Virus record (IMG/VR): IMGVR_UViG_3300027908_000021
Location: 1-64,000 of that record
Reading direction: 5' to 3' (one strand)
DNA from: a virus
Length of the DNA: 64,000 bases
Shown: piece by piece, positions 1-9,311 of the stretch
How positions within the stretch are numbered: position 1 is the stretch's first letter
How the letters are laid out: each line of letters starts with the position of its first letter
Translations under genes and position numbers: made by a program
Notes under the pieces: generated by a model
What the model was told of the DNA's origin: nothing
Database searches by the model: none
The model's input: only the letters and a program-made list of their open reading frames with translations

Positions 1-888
1 CTCAAGAATTTTCAGTAATGGCCTGATCGGCTCCAAGTTAACTACGGGACAAACAAAATCGCTTAGCTTGCCTACCTCAACAGCCGTATCTAACTTCAAC
101 AACTTTCGCGTCTTTGCCAACGATCCGCTTTCGACCGCCGCCTGCAAATTCTCACGCAACTTCGCACTCAGATTATACGCTCCGTCCAAAATACCGCCTA
201 TCGATCCGCACCGCGTTAACCACTTTGCCGCATTCCCTTTTCCCCAACCTTTCACACCTTCGATGTTGTCTACGCTGTCGCCCAAAAGACAAAAGAAGTC
301 TAAAAGCTGGTTGGTGCTTACTCCGAATTTTGCTCCCGCCGTTGCCTTCGCATACCACGCCTGTTTTACTGAATCGTAGACGAAAATATTATCGTTTGTG
401 CATAACTGAAAAAAGTCTTTGTCACGGGAGATGATGTTCACTTCAAGCTGCGGGCTTGCGTACTGAGTCGCCAGCGTAGCTATAACGTCGTCGGCTTCCT
501 CATTTTCTAAAGCGAGTGTTTCGATGGACAGCAATTTTAGTAACTGCTTGATTCGTCTTAGTTGAGGAATCACGCCATCCGCAACTTCCCCGCGATTTGC
601 TTTGTAGTTCTTGTCAATCGCAAGTCGCTTGGCACAACTGTTCTTGCCGTCAAAAACTACCGCCAAGTACTTCGGATTGTTGGTACGGATCGTTCTTAGT
701 ATTTCCCGCAAGAAAAGATAGGTTGCTTTCGTTGGTTCGTTGGTAGTTCCCTCACACGTCGGACAATCTTCCCAAAAGTCATCGCCCGTCTCGTCAAACT
801 GAGTACCGCCGCCTTCCCCGTTACAGTCAGAACACCTAACACTTAAATTTACAAACGGAGCGTGAAAACTTTGATAAAACAAAGCCAT
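1..888 (-). CDS. 5'-3' exonuclease / flap endonuclease (PolA N-terminal-like). The C-terminus lies beyond the window edge.
   Basis: Own translation of the minus frame from ATG 888 gives KYLAVVFDGKNSCAKRLAIDKNYKANR, EADDVIATLA, ISRDKDFFQL. N-terminal CSDCNGEG..CPTCEG zinc knuckles. No stop before position 1, so it is absent from the ORF track. Confidence 0.8.
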   Translation of the reverse strand, partial: MALFYQSFHAPFVNLSVRCSDCNGEGGGTQFDETGDDFWEDCPTCEGTTNEPTKATYLFLREILRTIRTNNPKYLAVVFDGKNSCAKRLAIDKNYKANRGEVADGVIPQLRRIKQLLKLLSIETLALENEEADDVIATLATQYASPQLEVNIISRDKDFFQLCTNDNIFVYDSVKQAWYAKATAGAKFGVSTNQLLDFFCLLGDSVDNIEGVKGWGKGNAAKWLTRCGSIGGILDGAYNLSAKLRENLQAAVESGSLAKTRKLLKLDTAVEVGKLSDFVCPVVNLEPIRPLLKILE

Positions 889-919
889 CGCGTCAATACA
901 CCAAAACTGATCGACTTGT

Positions 920-1282
920 TTAGAACGGGGTTGCATCTAGAATCTCTTTCGCTGCTTTATCCAGCTTTTCCGCCAGCGAATTTCCTTCGATTACCTTCCC
1001 ACCTTCGTCGAAACGCGGTGTGGTGCCGTCATCATACTTACTTGCTAAATATTCTGTCAGTTCCGCAACATCAACAGTTTTCGCAAATCGCCAGACACAC
1101 TGATGACCCACCTTTAACCTTACAAAACCATCTTTCTCTGTTTTAGTAATCTCTATTACCGAACCTCCCTTATTACCCTCGCATGTGAAGAAACCTTGCC
1201 AAAATTTCAAATCACGCACTAAACGCCTAATGCTTCGTAAAGCACCTTTCAAAGTTCTCGGCTTCAGACAAGGTACACTCAT
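920..1282 (-). CDS. hypothetical protein
   Basis: 120-aa ORF that overlaps the sbcC-like stop by 4 nt. No recognisable motif. Confidence 0.4.
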   Translation of the reverse strand: MSVPCLKPRTLKGALRSIRRLVRDLKFWQGFFTCEGNKGGSVIEITKTEKDGFVRLKVGHQCVWRFAKTVDVAELTEYLASKYDDGTTPRFDEGGKVIEGNSLAEKLDKAAKEILDATPF

Positions 1283-3129
1283 TGCTGTATTATACTCCCA
1301 TCATTCGTTAGTACGATTTCCGCACGCCCAGAAAACGCCCCGTTCGCGTTGGCATCATGCGATACAAGCCAAATTTCGTACTGCTGGTCGATTGCCCGAT
1401 TCGCTAAATACTCAATTTGATCTTGCACGCCTTCTACAGAAAGATTGTTGGATTGTTCATCGTGACACTCTGCCGGACAAGTAATGCCGTACCTGTCGCG
1501 TATCAATTTCGCTAGTCCTACCCGTCCTGCCATCACAAGACGGTTCTTCTCACCGCCCGACCACGATTCCCATCTCACCTTATCTTTCGACGTTGGCGAT
1601 TTAATAAACACTGCAAATCCCTTACTTACCGTTCCGGCTTGAGTCAGCGTTTCCACGTCAAATGTAATCTGCCAGCCGATCAAGCCTAGTTCTCTAAGCG
1701 GGTTGTTACACTCGATTTCTAATTGTTTCAAAGCCTCTGTTATCAACCACAACCGCACGTTCTTTAGTTCTTTTGCCCAGTAGCCGTAACCGTTTTCGTC
1801 GGCTCTTGCCAGAGCTAATTTATCGTTTACCGAAACTGAGTCTGCGGTTAACTGCCTTATTTTCGCTTCAAGTTGTTTGATCATTTCGTCATGCCGGTTC
1901 GTTTCTGTTTTCAAGTCGTGTAGTTCGGTTTCCGCTTGCTGCAAGTCGCGTTGAGCGTCTTTTAGTAAACTTTTCGTGTTTCGTTCGTTTTCTTCCGCCG
2001 CTCTGAACAATCCCTCCGCATACCGCACATCTTTTTCCAGTTTTTCTAAATCGCCTTCCAAGTCGAACAACGATTGTTCAACGGCTCGCACATCGTCAAA
2101 CGCCTGTCGTTCCTGCTCCGTTGCCTCAACGAACAGCTTTCGCACGCGGGCCGCTTCTCTCGCAATATGCGGAGCTTTCTGACCGCAAGTGGGACAAACG
2201 CTGTCAGACTCTTTCAAACGCTGCAATTGCTTTCCTAGGCCGTCTGCCGTGACTCTCCGCTCAATCTGTACGTCTATCGCAACACCGTGTTTCGTCTTGA
2301 GCGGGTTGAGCCTCTTTTTCAAGTCCGTTTGTTGGTCGATCAGTTTGTTTAGATCGGTATGTCGTTTATCCGCTTCCGCTTTAGCCCCAGTCAACGACTC
2401 GTTTATTTGATCGTACTCAACACGACAACCTTCAACCTCTTCTCTGACTTTAACTATCTTTTTCTCTTGCTCCACTTCAAAAGCGTCGGCTAGTTTCTGC
2501 TCACCGACTATCTGCTGTTTCAACAGATGAGTTTGTGCTTGTAACGATTGGGCCTCGCTTTCCAGTTTGATTGCTAACTCGGTTGCCTGTTTACCTAACT
2601 TTGACGCCTCAGATGCTTTATCAAGCCAATAGTCTAAATTCAGTATTTTAGAGAAGACGTTTAGCTTGTCGGTTGGCTTTAGCTTAAAGAAGTGGTCGGC
2701 GTCTTGGCCGGTCAGGATCGTTGCTAGAAACAGATCGTAGTCGAATCCCAGTAGTTCGTCAATTACCTCTTGCGTTACCGTCCTTGATTTGATTTCACCG
2801 GGATACAGCAGTTTTAAACTATTGGGCGACTGCTGGCGGGTTATTTTGTACTGCTGATTGTTTAACTTGAAATAGTAAACAACGTAGGTAGGGCCGGACT
2901 TTTCCCAGTTAACTACAGCGTTGGCAAACTGACCGCTCGCCGTCTTACCAAACTGTACCCAACACCAAGCATCTAATAGCGACGATTTTCCAGTTCCGTT
3001 TCCTCCCTTCTCGGGATACAGTTCGTTGCGTCCGACTAAATAAAACAAACCCGGTTTCTGCTGGAAATAGAAAGTTTGCTTGTCACGGAAAGATTTGAAG
3101 TACGAAATTACTAACTTTTGCGGAATCAC
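1279..3129 (-). CDS. sbcC: SbcC/Rad50-like SMC ATPase
   Basis: Walker A GGNGTGKSS, long coiled coil with a CPTCGQ zinc hook, signature WSGGEKNRL, and DE Walker B near the C-terminus. Confidence 0.85.
   Translation of the reverse strand: MIPQKLVISYFKSFRDKQTFYFQQKPGLFYLVGRNELYPEKGGNGTGKSSLLDAWCWVQFGKTASGQFANAVVNWEKSGPTYVVYYFKLNNQQYKITRQQSPNSLKLLYPGEIKSRTVTQEVIDELLGFDYDLFLATILTGQDADHFFKLKPTDKLNVFSKILNLDYWLDKASEASKLGKQATELAIKLESEAQSLQAQTHLLKQQIVGEQKLADAFEVEQEKKIVKVREEVEGCRVEYDQINESLTGAKAEADKRHTDLNKLIDQQTDLKKRLNPLKTKHGVAIDVQIERRVTADGLGKQLQRLKESDSVCPTCGQKAPHIAREAARVRKLFVEATEQERQAFDDVRAVEQSLFDLEGDLEKLEKDVRYAEGLFRAAEENERNTKSLLKDAQRDLQQAETELHDLKTETNRHDEMIKQLEAKIRQLTADSVSVNDKLALARADENGYGYWAKELKNVRLWLITEALKQLEIECNNPLRELGLIGWQITFDVETLTQAGTVSKGFAVFIKSPTSKDKVRWESWSGGEKNRLVMAGRVGLAKLIRDRYGITCPAECHDEQSNNLSVEGVQDQIEYLANRAIDQQYEIWLVSHDANANGAFSGRAEIVLTNDGSIIQQ
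1289..1294 (-). promoter_or_regulatory. -10 hexamer TATAAT, 6 nt upstream of ATG 1282 (candidate leaderless start)
   Basis: Minus strand reads gagTATAATacagcaATG. Confidence 0.3.
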
Positions 3130-3370
3130 TTTGCTTCCAGTATCCTTTTAGCTTCCGCCGCGATTCTCTCCGCGTTAGTTACTTCTCAATATCAGGTACT
3201 TTGACCATAAAACCGAAGTAGCCGCCATTAGATTCCGGCCTCTCGCAATCAAATCCGCAAGGAGCATTAGAATCCATGCGTTGAGCACACATCATCATAG
3301 CCTCAAAGTTACACACAGCGTCGCAAACCGAGCCTCGCCGTTTCCTCGACGATTTCGTTAGTTGTTTTGG

Positions 3371-4420
3371 TCATTTAACTAACTTCCTTCCGTATTCCAT
3401 CAACCCATCATCCACATTATACACTTTCGCATAATCAATCAGCGTGCTAAGCGGTGTTTTAGTCTTTGCCGTCTCTTCCGTTCGTCTTACCAAAATCGGT
3501 CGGCTTTTCTTCTCCACAACCGACAAAGACGTTGCTTTTATGCCCATTGTTTCCGCCTCTGCCTGAACCTGCTTACTTATTTCCTTCCAACTGCCAAACT
3601 CGGAACGCGGCAGCATTACCTCTACTTTTGCACAATCACCCTCCGCTTTTAGTTCTTCCGGCCTGTCAAACGCAATCGTCGCTTTAGCTACAAAGTCCGC
3701 TACCGACGTTACGTTTAGTTTTACTTTGCGGATCGACGGCACGTCAAAACTTGTCAATTCTCCGTCAACATCTATCAAAACTCTCGGTACGTACAAATCG
3801 TTCATATTTACCGGAAACGGTGCTCCCACTGAGATATACTTGCCTACTTGGTTTCGCGTATGGATGTCGCCAGCAAGGACGGAGCCTCCGCACGTACCAA
3901 GCACCGCAACATCAACCCCATTCGCGTACTCAATACCTTCTCCCGTACAAACAGGTTGATGGATAAGAACACGATCATACTTACTAAAATCATATTTCTG
4001 CACATACTCATCAAAGGTTTTCGAGTAGGGTAGGAAAAGGTATCGTTGCTGCCACAAGCCGATTTCCGCCGGTCGGGTAAAAAAGAAAATCCTGCCGTTC
4101 AGGCTACGGTGAAGGAAAGTAAAATACGGCTGAGTTTGATCTGTCGAATCATGATTCCCCGCCAGCAGAAATATTTTACCCGCCCCACCCGTATTGTCGT
4201 CCAGCACTTTGAGTAACCGCTTCAAGTGTCGGATAAATTTGTTTACTAAACTGCTGGCGTGATTGTCTTTGTCGTCCAGCAGATCACCTAGAATAAACAA
4301 ATATCGTACCTGCTTTTCAGCTAAGAACGATTCCAGCCAGCTAAGAAAGTTCCACCGGTAGTCGTCGCGGGGCTTGTCCGTTAGATGAAGGTCGGCGGTG
4401 TAGAGCGAAACGATTGCCAT
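3371..4420 (-). CDS. sbcD: SbcD/Mre11-like nuclease (calcineurin-like phosphoesterase)
   Basis: Motifs YTADLHLTD, LGDLLDD and LAGNHD. Lies adjacent to the SbcC-like gene. Confidence 0.85.
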   Translation of the reverse strand: MAIVSLYTADLHLTDKPRDDYRWNFLSWLESFLAEKQVRYLFILGDLLDDKDNHASSLVNKFIRHLKRLLKVLDDNTGGAGKIFLLAGNHDSTDQTQPYFTFLHRSLNGRIFFFTRPAEIGLWQQRYLFLPYSKTFDEYVQKYDFSKYDRVLIHQPVCTGEGIEYANGVDVAVLGTCGGSVLAGDIHTRNQVGKYISVGAPFPVNMNDLYVPRVLIDVDGELTSFDVPSIRKVKLNVTSVADFVAKATIAFDRPEELKAEGDCAKVEVMLPRSEFGSWKEISKQVQAEAETMGIKATSLSVVEKKSRPILVRRTEETAKTKTPLSTLIDYAKVYNVDDGLMEYGRKLVK

Positions 4421-4427
4421 AAAACCC

Positions 4428-4610
4428 TTACGGACGATCTAGCGGTTCCACTCTCCAGCATCCTAAACAAATAGACGTTTTCTCGTTATTAACTACAAGC
4501 AACTTTTTCTTGCAATACCGGCAACGATTTCTTAGCTGAGCATACAGCTTTTTCGTTCTACGACGATAACCCGAAACCATCCGCCACAAACGCCATAACC
4601 ACAAAAGCAT
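4428..4610 (-). CDS. small Cys-containing hypothetical protein
   Basis: 60-aa ORF with a CxxC..CxxC pattern (RYCKKK..CLGCW), tightly packed. Confidence 0.3.
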   Translation of the reverse strand: MLLWLWRLWRMVSGYRRRTKKLYAQLRNRCRYCKKKLLVVNNEKTSICLGCWRVEPLDRP

Positions 4611-4611
4611 C

Positions 4612-4815
4612 TCAACCCCTCCGCTTATACCGTTTTCTCGGTTTCGACGCTGGCGTTTCGTCCTGTGTGGTTCGGGGTAGGTTTTGCAAGCCGTCTACGG
4701 GAATGGAAACTTCCGTGTAGCCTGACAAACATTCCCATATCGCCTTGCTGGCGTTGAGCGTCATCGGTACGCCACAGTAGGGACAATCGGGAGGTTGTAA
4801 CGTCGGTTCGTTCAT
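4612..4815 (-). CDS. small zinc-ribbon-like hypothetical protein
   Basis: 67-aa ORF with CPYCG...C, abutting its neighbours. Confidence 0.35.
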   Translation of the reverse strand: MNEPTLQPPDCPYCGVPMTLNASKAIWECLSGYTEVSIPVDGLQNLPRTTQDETPASKPRKRYKRRG

Positions 4816-5246
4816 TAGTGATGAACTATGACAGGAAATGTAACCTCTTTATCAAGACAAAGCGGGATGAGCCAACGTAAATTAGGTATTACATTTACAG
4901 GCAAGTCGAAAGATTTATAAATACCGACCTTTTCATCCGTCATATTCTTAGCAAACGCAAGAACAGTTTCACATTTAAACACTTGAACCAACCAAGGCGA
5001 CTTCCCATGACCGTCCATCGTGCAAGCATGCGTCCATTGCTGCTCTGTAGTTGTTATTCCCGTTTCTTCCTCAAACTCCCTCATCATTGCAAAAACATCT
5101 GACGTGTCTGTTTCTTCTACTTTCCCACCTACACCGTTCAACTTTCCTTTCTGCCAATCAGGCTTGTTTTTCTCGATTAACAAAACTTGATTATGAGCAC
5201 CAAACGCAAAACCTAAAACGTACTCCGTCATAGTTATTCCCGTCAT
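4815..5246 (-). CDS. Nudix hydrolase
   Basis: Nudix box GVGGKVEETDTSDVFAMMREFEEETGI (Gx5Ex7REUxEExGU). Confidence 0.8.
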   Translation of the reverse strand: MTGITMTEYVLGFAFGAHNQVLLIEKNKPDWQKGKLNGVGGKVEETDTSDVFAMMREFEEETGITTTEQQWTHACTMDGHGKSPWLVQVFKCETVLAFAKNMTDEKVGIYKSFDLPVNVIPNLRWLIPLCLDKEVTFPVIVHH

Positions 5247-5249
5247 AAC

Positions 5250-5750
5250 TTACTCCATCCATTGAACACAATCCTTAGTGTCGCACGCCGCATGAACGTG
5301 TCCGTTGTACGACGACACGCTGTAATGCAATTTCCCAGTCTTACAAACGAGACAGGAAAACTCGCCTACTTTCGATACTTTTGGTTTACCTTTTTCGCAT
5401 CCCGCATGTTTCAAAATCATCGGTCGTACTATCGCTATTCGCTCAATCGACTCTTTTACTATACGTTCCGTTTCCGCTTCCTCTTTATCTAACTCCTCTG
5501 CCGTCTTAAACGAAAGTTTGTCGCACGTCGGCCAAATGCCGTCTGCGGGCATATTGTCGGTTTCAAGATGAAAACACGGCAACGCGACCATCCGTTTTCC
5601 TTGCTTGCGAACATCGTCATACTTAACGTGTGCTCTGCATTCCGCTTTCTCTTTCTTATCCAACAAATCGATCACCGAACCATCAGCACGGCAGCACAAG
5701 CCGGTAAAATGTCGGCATTTGTCGTGTTGTTCGCGAATCGAATATTTCAT
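5250..5750 (-). CDS. Cys-rich hypothetical protein
   Basis: 166-aa ORF with a C-terminal CLVCKTG..HAACDTKDC metal-binding-like pattern. Confidence 0.4.
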   Translation of the reverse strand: MKYSIREQHDKCRHFTGLCCRADGSVIDLLDKKEKAECRAHVKYDDVRKQGKRMVALPCFHLETDNMPADGIWPTCDKLSFKTAEELDKEEAETERIVKESIERIAIVRPMILKHAGCEKGKPKVSKVGEFSCLVCKTGKLHYSVSSYNGHVHAACDTKDCVQWME

Positions 5751-6298
5751 AAACTCTTCTTTATTGTACTAAACGGCTTAGCCAACACGCTCGCTAACGA
5801 CACTACGTAAATACTAGCAAACGGCTTTACCCTAAAAATAATATCGGCAGTTCCCAGTTTGAGCAAACTTATACCAAAAACAGATGTACAAACCAACTCA
5901 GGCCGTCCGTTCTGTTTCATTATCAACAGCGGCTCGCGTTTTCCATCGCACTCTTTGAGCAACCTCTCCCACCATTTGATAAACGGAATCTTTCTTTGCC
6001 AGAATAAACCGTCCAACTCCAACGATTCATAATGTTTACACTCGACAACAAATCTACTCAATAGAGCGTTCCCTGTTTCGTGCGTAGCAACTATATCGCC
6101 AGCGTGAGCATCTAATCGATTTCCCTTACTTCGTGCTCGCGTCGATCTTCCGCCAGATGAGGCAGATCGCCAGAAACAATCACTATGCTCCCCGTTACTG
6201 ACCCACTTCGACAACGCTACACAAATCTTGCGTTCAAAGCTCGGTCCTTTGCCGCGACAACGAATCTTGCGAAGTTTCTTTAACTTAACGCGGGTCAT
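5747..6298 (-). CDS. PD-(D/E)XK nuclease, Hjc-like Holliday junction resolvase candidate
   Basis: KGPSFERKI...SSGG...AGDIVAT...FVVECKH matches the Hjc-type G-x-ER / D-i-v-A / E-x-K arrangement. Confidence 0.5.
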   Translation of the reverse strand: MTRVKLKKLRKIRCRGKGPSFERKICVALSKWVSNGEHSDCFWRSASSGGRSTRARSKGNRLDAHAGDIVATHETGNALLSRFVVECKHYESLELDGLFWQRKIPFIKWWERLLKECDGKREPLLIMKQNGRPELVCTSVFGISLLKLGTADIIFRVKPFASIYVVSLASVLAKPFSTIKKSL

Positions 6299-6672
6299 TT
6301 ACTACGTTTCTCAATCTTATTGACTATTTCTTGTGCAACTTGCTGGCCTGTTTTCTTTGATGAAATGGGGTATGCAATGTTTCCGGCCCAATATTCCGCT
6401 ATTTCCTTACAAGCCTCTCTTTCCTCTAAACGCTGTTGCGAAGAATCTGCCGCGAGCTTTACTAACTCTTGCAACACGAAAACTAGCAGATTCAACGTTG
6501 ATTCGTTTTCGGCTCGCTTGTCTTCAATCCCAAAACCATACAAATCTTTCGCTTTACTGTTAGTGCCAAAATTAACTAACAACGTTGCTCGAATTTCTCC
6601 AAGCTGACGAGCGTTGTCCTGCCCTTCTCGAACAAATTTAGTCACTTCCGAAATTGCTTCTGCCAGTTCCAT
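6295..6672 (-). CDS. hypothetical protein
   Basis: 125-aa ORF with a 4-nt overlap with the downstream gene. Confidence 0.4.
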   Translation of the reverse strand: MELAEAISEVTKFVREGQDNARQLGEIRATLLVNFGTNSKAKDLYGFGIEDKRAENESTLNLLVFVLQELVKLAADSSQQRLEEREACKEIAEYWAGNIAYPISSKKTGQQVAQEIVNKIEKRSK

Positions 6673-6680
6673 AAAATCAC

Positions 6681-7730
6681 CTACTCATATTTCTTCCGCA
6701 CCGGAGCGAACCGACTTTCAATCTCATTCCAAACGCTAGTTAGTACGTTGTTTAAACAACTCCGAGTCGTATCAATCTGCCGCCGATCCATCGTATCTAA
6801 TTTGTGCAGCCATTTGCTAACTAACGCCGTCGATTCCTTCTTATTCAGCCCCTTCGCTTCCGGTATCAGTTTACTTAAACGATCCGATTCCAAAAGAAAA
6901 GTCAATCCGGTCTCGAACTCATCAATACCGTACCCATAGCGTATAAAAAACTCGCACTCCCGCCACGCAACGCCCGTCTTGTTCTTCTCGCACTTGGCTC
7001 GCGTCCATGCTCCAATTTTACGCTCTATGCCGCCTCTTGTCTCTTTTACCTTCCCTACATCCGCAAGCCATACTATTTGCGATGAGTAGAAGTCTAAAGC
7101 ATGTCCTCCGCTTCTCGTTAGTTTCTTACCGAACATTGCGTTTATCTTGTCTCGCACTTGAGAGACGATGAACAGAGTTATATTCAAACCCTCCAGCCGT
7201 CGAACTTCTTTTCTAAAAAGCTTGCCGATCAGTGCCGGTTTCTTTGTACCGTAACTGGCCGCTCCTAACTCTGCCTCTTTCTCTGCTTCATCTCCTATCG
7301 GATCAAGTGAATCGACAATGTACATTCCGGCTCTGTACTTACGCTTCTCCACCAATGTTGCAAATTTATCAATGTTTTTATGCAACAACTCTACTGTGTC
7401 CGTTCGCTCATTTTCGTTAAATTCCACACGATCAACCGGCAGGCCCACACCTTCCGCATACGCCATATCAAAAGCCGCTTCGGTTTCGTCATAACGAATT
7501 ACGGCTTGTTTTGATGTATACTTTTGAGCGAATGTAGTACACGCTTCGATTGCAAGCAAACTTTTCCCGGTCGAGGTATCTCCAACTAAGTTGATTACCC
7601 GTCCTTCCGCCCAACCACCGCCGATAGATAAATCAAGATTATGGCAACCTGTACCTATCCGCTGAACGGTTGAGACGGGAGGAAAATATTTTCCTCCGCT
7701 TGCTGGTTGGTTTAACTTAACTCTGTCCAC
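6681..7730 (-). CDS. recA: RecA-family recombinase
   Basis: GGGWAEGRVINLVGDTSTGKS (Walker A), YIVDSLDPIGDEAE, and SQVRDKINAMFGKKLTRSGGHALDFYSS, which resembles RecA NQiReKiGvmFGnpEtTtGGnALKFYaS. GTG start. Confidence 0.8.
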   Translation of the reverse strand: MDRVKLNQPASGGKYFPPVSTVQRIGTGCHNLDLSIGGGWAEGRVINLVGDTSTGKSLLAIEACTTFAQKYTSKQAVIRYDETEAAFDMAYAEGVGLPVDRVEFNENERTDTVELLHKNIDKFATLVEKRKYRAGMYIVDSLDPIGDEAEKEAELGAASYGTKKPALIGKLFRKEVRRLEGLNITLFIVSQVRDKINAMFGKKLTRSGGHALDFYSSQIVWLADVGKVKETRGGIERKIGAWTRAKCEKNKTGVAWRECEFFIRYGYGIDEFETGLTFLLESDRLSKLIPEAKGLNKKESTALVSKWLHKLDTMDRRQIDTTRSCLNNVLTSVWNEIESRFAPVRKKYE

Positions 7731-7822
7731 TAAATTTTCCTTCTATTGCACCAGATAATCACCAAAGCAACTGCCGTCGTCCACACTACCCAAACGATAA
7801 TTGCTTTGGTGAAATAAGTCAT
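7730..7822 (-). CDS. 30-aa single-TM micro-ORF
   Basis: Own translation gives MTYFTKAIIVWVVWTTAVALVIIWCNRRKI. ATGA overlap with the upstream stop, 1-nt overlap with the recA-like start, and GGGAG upstream. Confidence 0.3.
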   Translation of the reverse strand: MTYFTKAIIVWVVWTTAVALVIIWCNRRKI

Positions 7823-8052
7823 TCCAAGTCTACTCCCATTACTCTACCGATAATCACCTTTACCGACTTTTTATAAGACTCTCGCATGGCGGTTATCAAT
7901 TCCCAATTAGTACGCTGCGGAGTATTTAGAAATATCAAATTCGGTGGAGTACCCGGCAAGTGATGCTGCTCCATCGACGGCCAACCGTCCGGACAACGAA
8001 ACAACGTGTTAGCCGTATCGTCGATCAATTTGATAATTTCTTTTGAAGTCAT
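7819..8052 (-). CDS. hypothetical protein
   Basis: 77-aa ORF in the operon context. Confidence 0.4.
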   Translation of the reverse strand: MTSKEIIKLIDDTANTLFRCPDGWPSMEQHHLPGTPPNLIFLNTPQRTNWELITAMRESYKKSVKVIIGRVMGVDLE

Positions 8053-8058
8053 GTTTAA

Positions 8059-9168
8059 CTACCGCCTTGACCTGCGATCATCGTTTCGAGACGACCTTCT
8101 GTCATCGTCGGGCGGCACATCGTCGTCAAAATCTTCTGGAATGTCGCCAGTATCCAAAACCTCATCGAGCGGTTCGGAAGCGTCCTCAATCACTTCTCGC
8201 CTGCCGTCCCGTCTTCCGCTACGGCTTTCTGGTTCTCGTGCCTCAGAATCGCTCCTGAGCGGTCTACGCTCGGTTCCGGACGGCTCATCCCGCAACGGTC
8301 GGCGTTCGCTTCGGTCGTCGTCGCGGGTAAGCCTTGTCCGCTCCGTCCGCGTTCGGGGTGTCTCGTCAACGTCATCTTCTCGGACGAAACTACCGCCTAG
8401 GACTTTTTGAATATGCTCTGCCGGGTACAAAGTTAGTATTTTCGGCAAAGGGTTTTCGGCAACAAAATCGCACCATTTGTCTTGCAACCTCACATCGTCG
8501 CTGATCGGCGTTGCTCGCGGATCGATTTTCAAATTACCGATTACAGTAAATTCCTTGCCGTCGTCTCCCCGCTTTTTGATACCGTCAAACTCAATATCAT
8601 ACCCTTCTTCTTCATGATCCACGTAGTAAGTCTCACCTGTCCGCTTGTTCTTTGACAAATCAAGTATGGACTGGTTCTCCATCCACGGAATGACCCAAAT
8701 CTTCGGGCCGTCGTCTTCGTGGTCCCTGTCGATTACATATGCAATAAACGACTTCTTAGCCTTGAAGTTCTTTGCGGCTTTAGTATCGGTTCTCGACAAC
8801 TCCCGATACTCAGCACAGACAGGGCAAACTTCCCCTTCTTTGCCATGTGTTTCCAGACAAAGGTAGCGTTGATTGTCCGGTCCTACTTGCTTGTGTACCC
8901 AAACTGGATAAGCGTAGTGGTCCGCTCCGTCCCAACCATAGGGCGGCAGGATACGGACTTTGTAGTTAGTACCAGCCTTGATTGAAATAAACGGCAAGTC
9001 GGAACGAAAAATTGAATCGTACTTACCGCCGCCTTCCGTTGCCCGCTTCTGGACGCTTTCCGGCGTGCGGTAGGAAAAGTTTGCGGATCGTTCGCTACGT
9101 CGCGGGGCTTCTTCCCTTCGCGGTTCGTCCCTTCGTACTTCACGCCTGCTATCACGGTCGTCTCTCAT
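8059..9168 (-). CDS. T4 gp32-like ssDNA-binding protein with Arg/Asp/Ser-rich low-complexity tails
   Basis: Core reads YKVRILPP...H...C..THGKEGEVCPVCAEY (gp32-type Zn site and RxLP motif). N- and C-terminal RD/RS/RE-rich tails and an acidic DFDDDVPPDDD segment. Confidence 0.6.
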   Translation of the reverse strand: MRDDRDSRREVRRDEPRREEAPRRSERSANFSYRTPESVQKRATEGGGKYDSIFRSDLPFISIKAGTNYKVRILPPYGWDGADHYAYPVWVHKQVGPDNQRYLCLETHGKEGEVCPVCAEYRELSRTDTKAAKNFKAKKSFIAYVIDRDHEDDGPKIWVIPWMENQSILDLSKNKRTGETYYVDHEEEGYDIEFDGIKKRGDDGKEFTVIGNLKIDPRATPISDDVRLQDKWCDFVAENPLPKILTLYPAEHIQKVLGGSFVREDDVDETPRTRTERTRLTRDDDRSERRPLRDEPSGTERRPLRSDSEAREPESRSGRRDGRREVIEDASEPLDEVLDTGDIPEDFDDDVPPDDDRRSSRNDDRRSRR

Positions 9169-9311
9169 TTGAACCTTTCGGTAGAGTTTTCCTTGCCCTT
9201 ACAATAATGATCCGTTGCTTTTAACTTAGCGTATGTCCACACATAGCCGCATAGAAAAGTTAATCCGACTGCTCCGACAACAGTAGTAAACCATTCAAGT
9301 ATCTTCATCAT
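9165..9311 (-). CDS. 48-aa single-TM micro-ORF
   Basis: Own translation gives MMKILEWFTTVVGAVGLTFLCGYVWTYAKLKATDHYCKGKENSTERFK. GAGGA lies 7 nt upstream, and it overlaps both neighbours. Confidence 0.35.
   Translation of the reverse strand: MMKILEWFTTVVGAVGLTFLCGYVWTYAKLKATDHYCKGKENSTERFK

Noticed and set aside
68-434. Plus-strand ORFs at the window start (68..379, 114..434)
   Set aside because: They are antisense to the partial FEN gene, which translates with clear 5'-3' exonuclease motifs.
8006-8410. 134-aa Ser/Arg-rich plus-strand ORF
   Set aside because: It is antisense to the low-complexity C-terminal tail of the gp32-like SSB gene and is a composition artefact.
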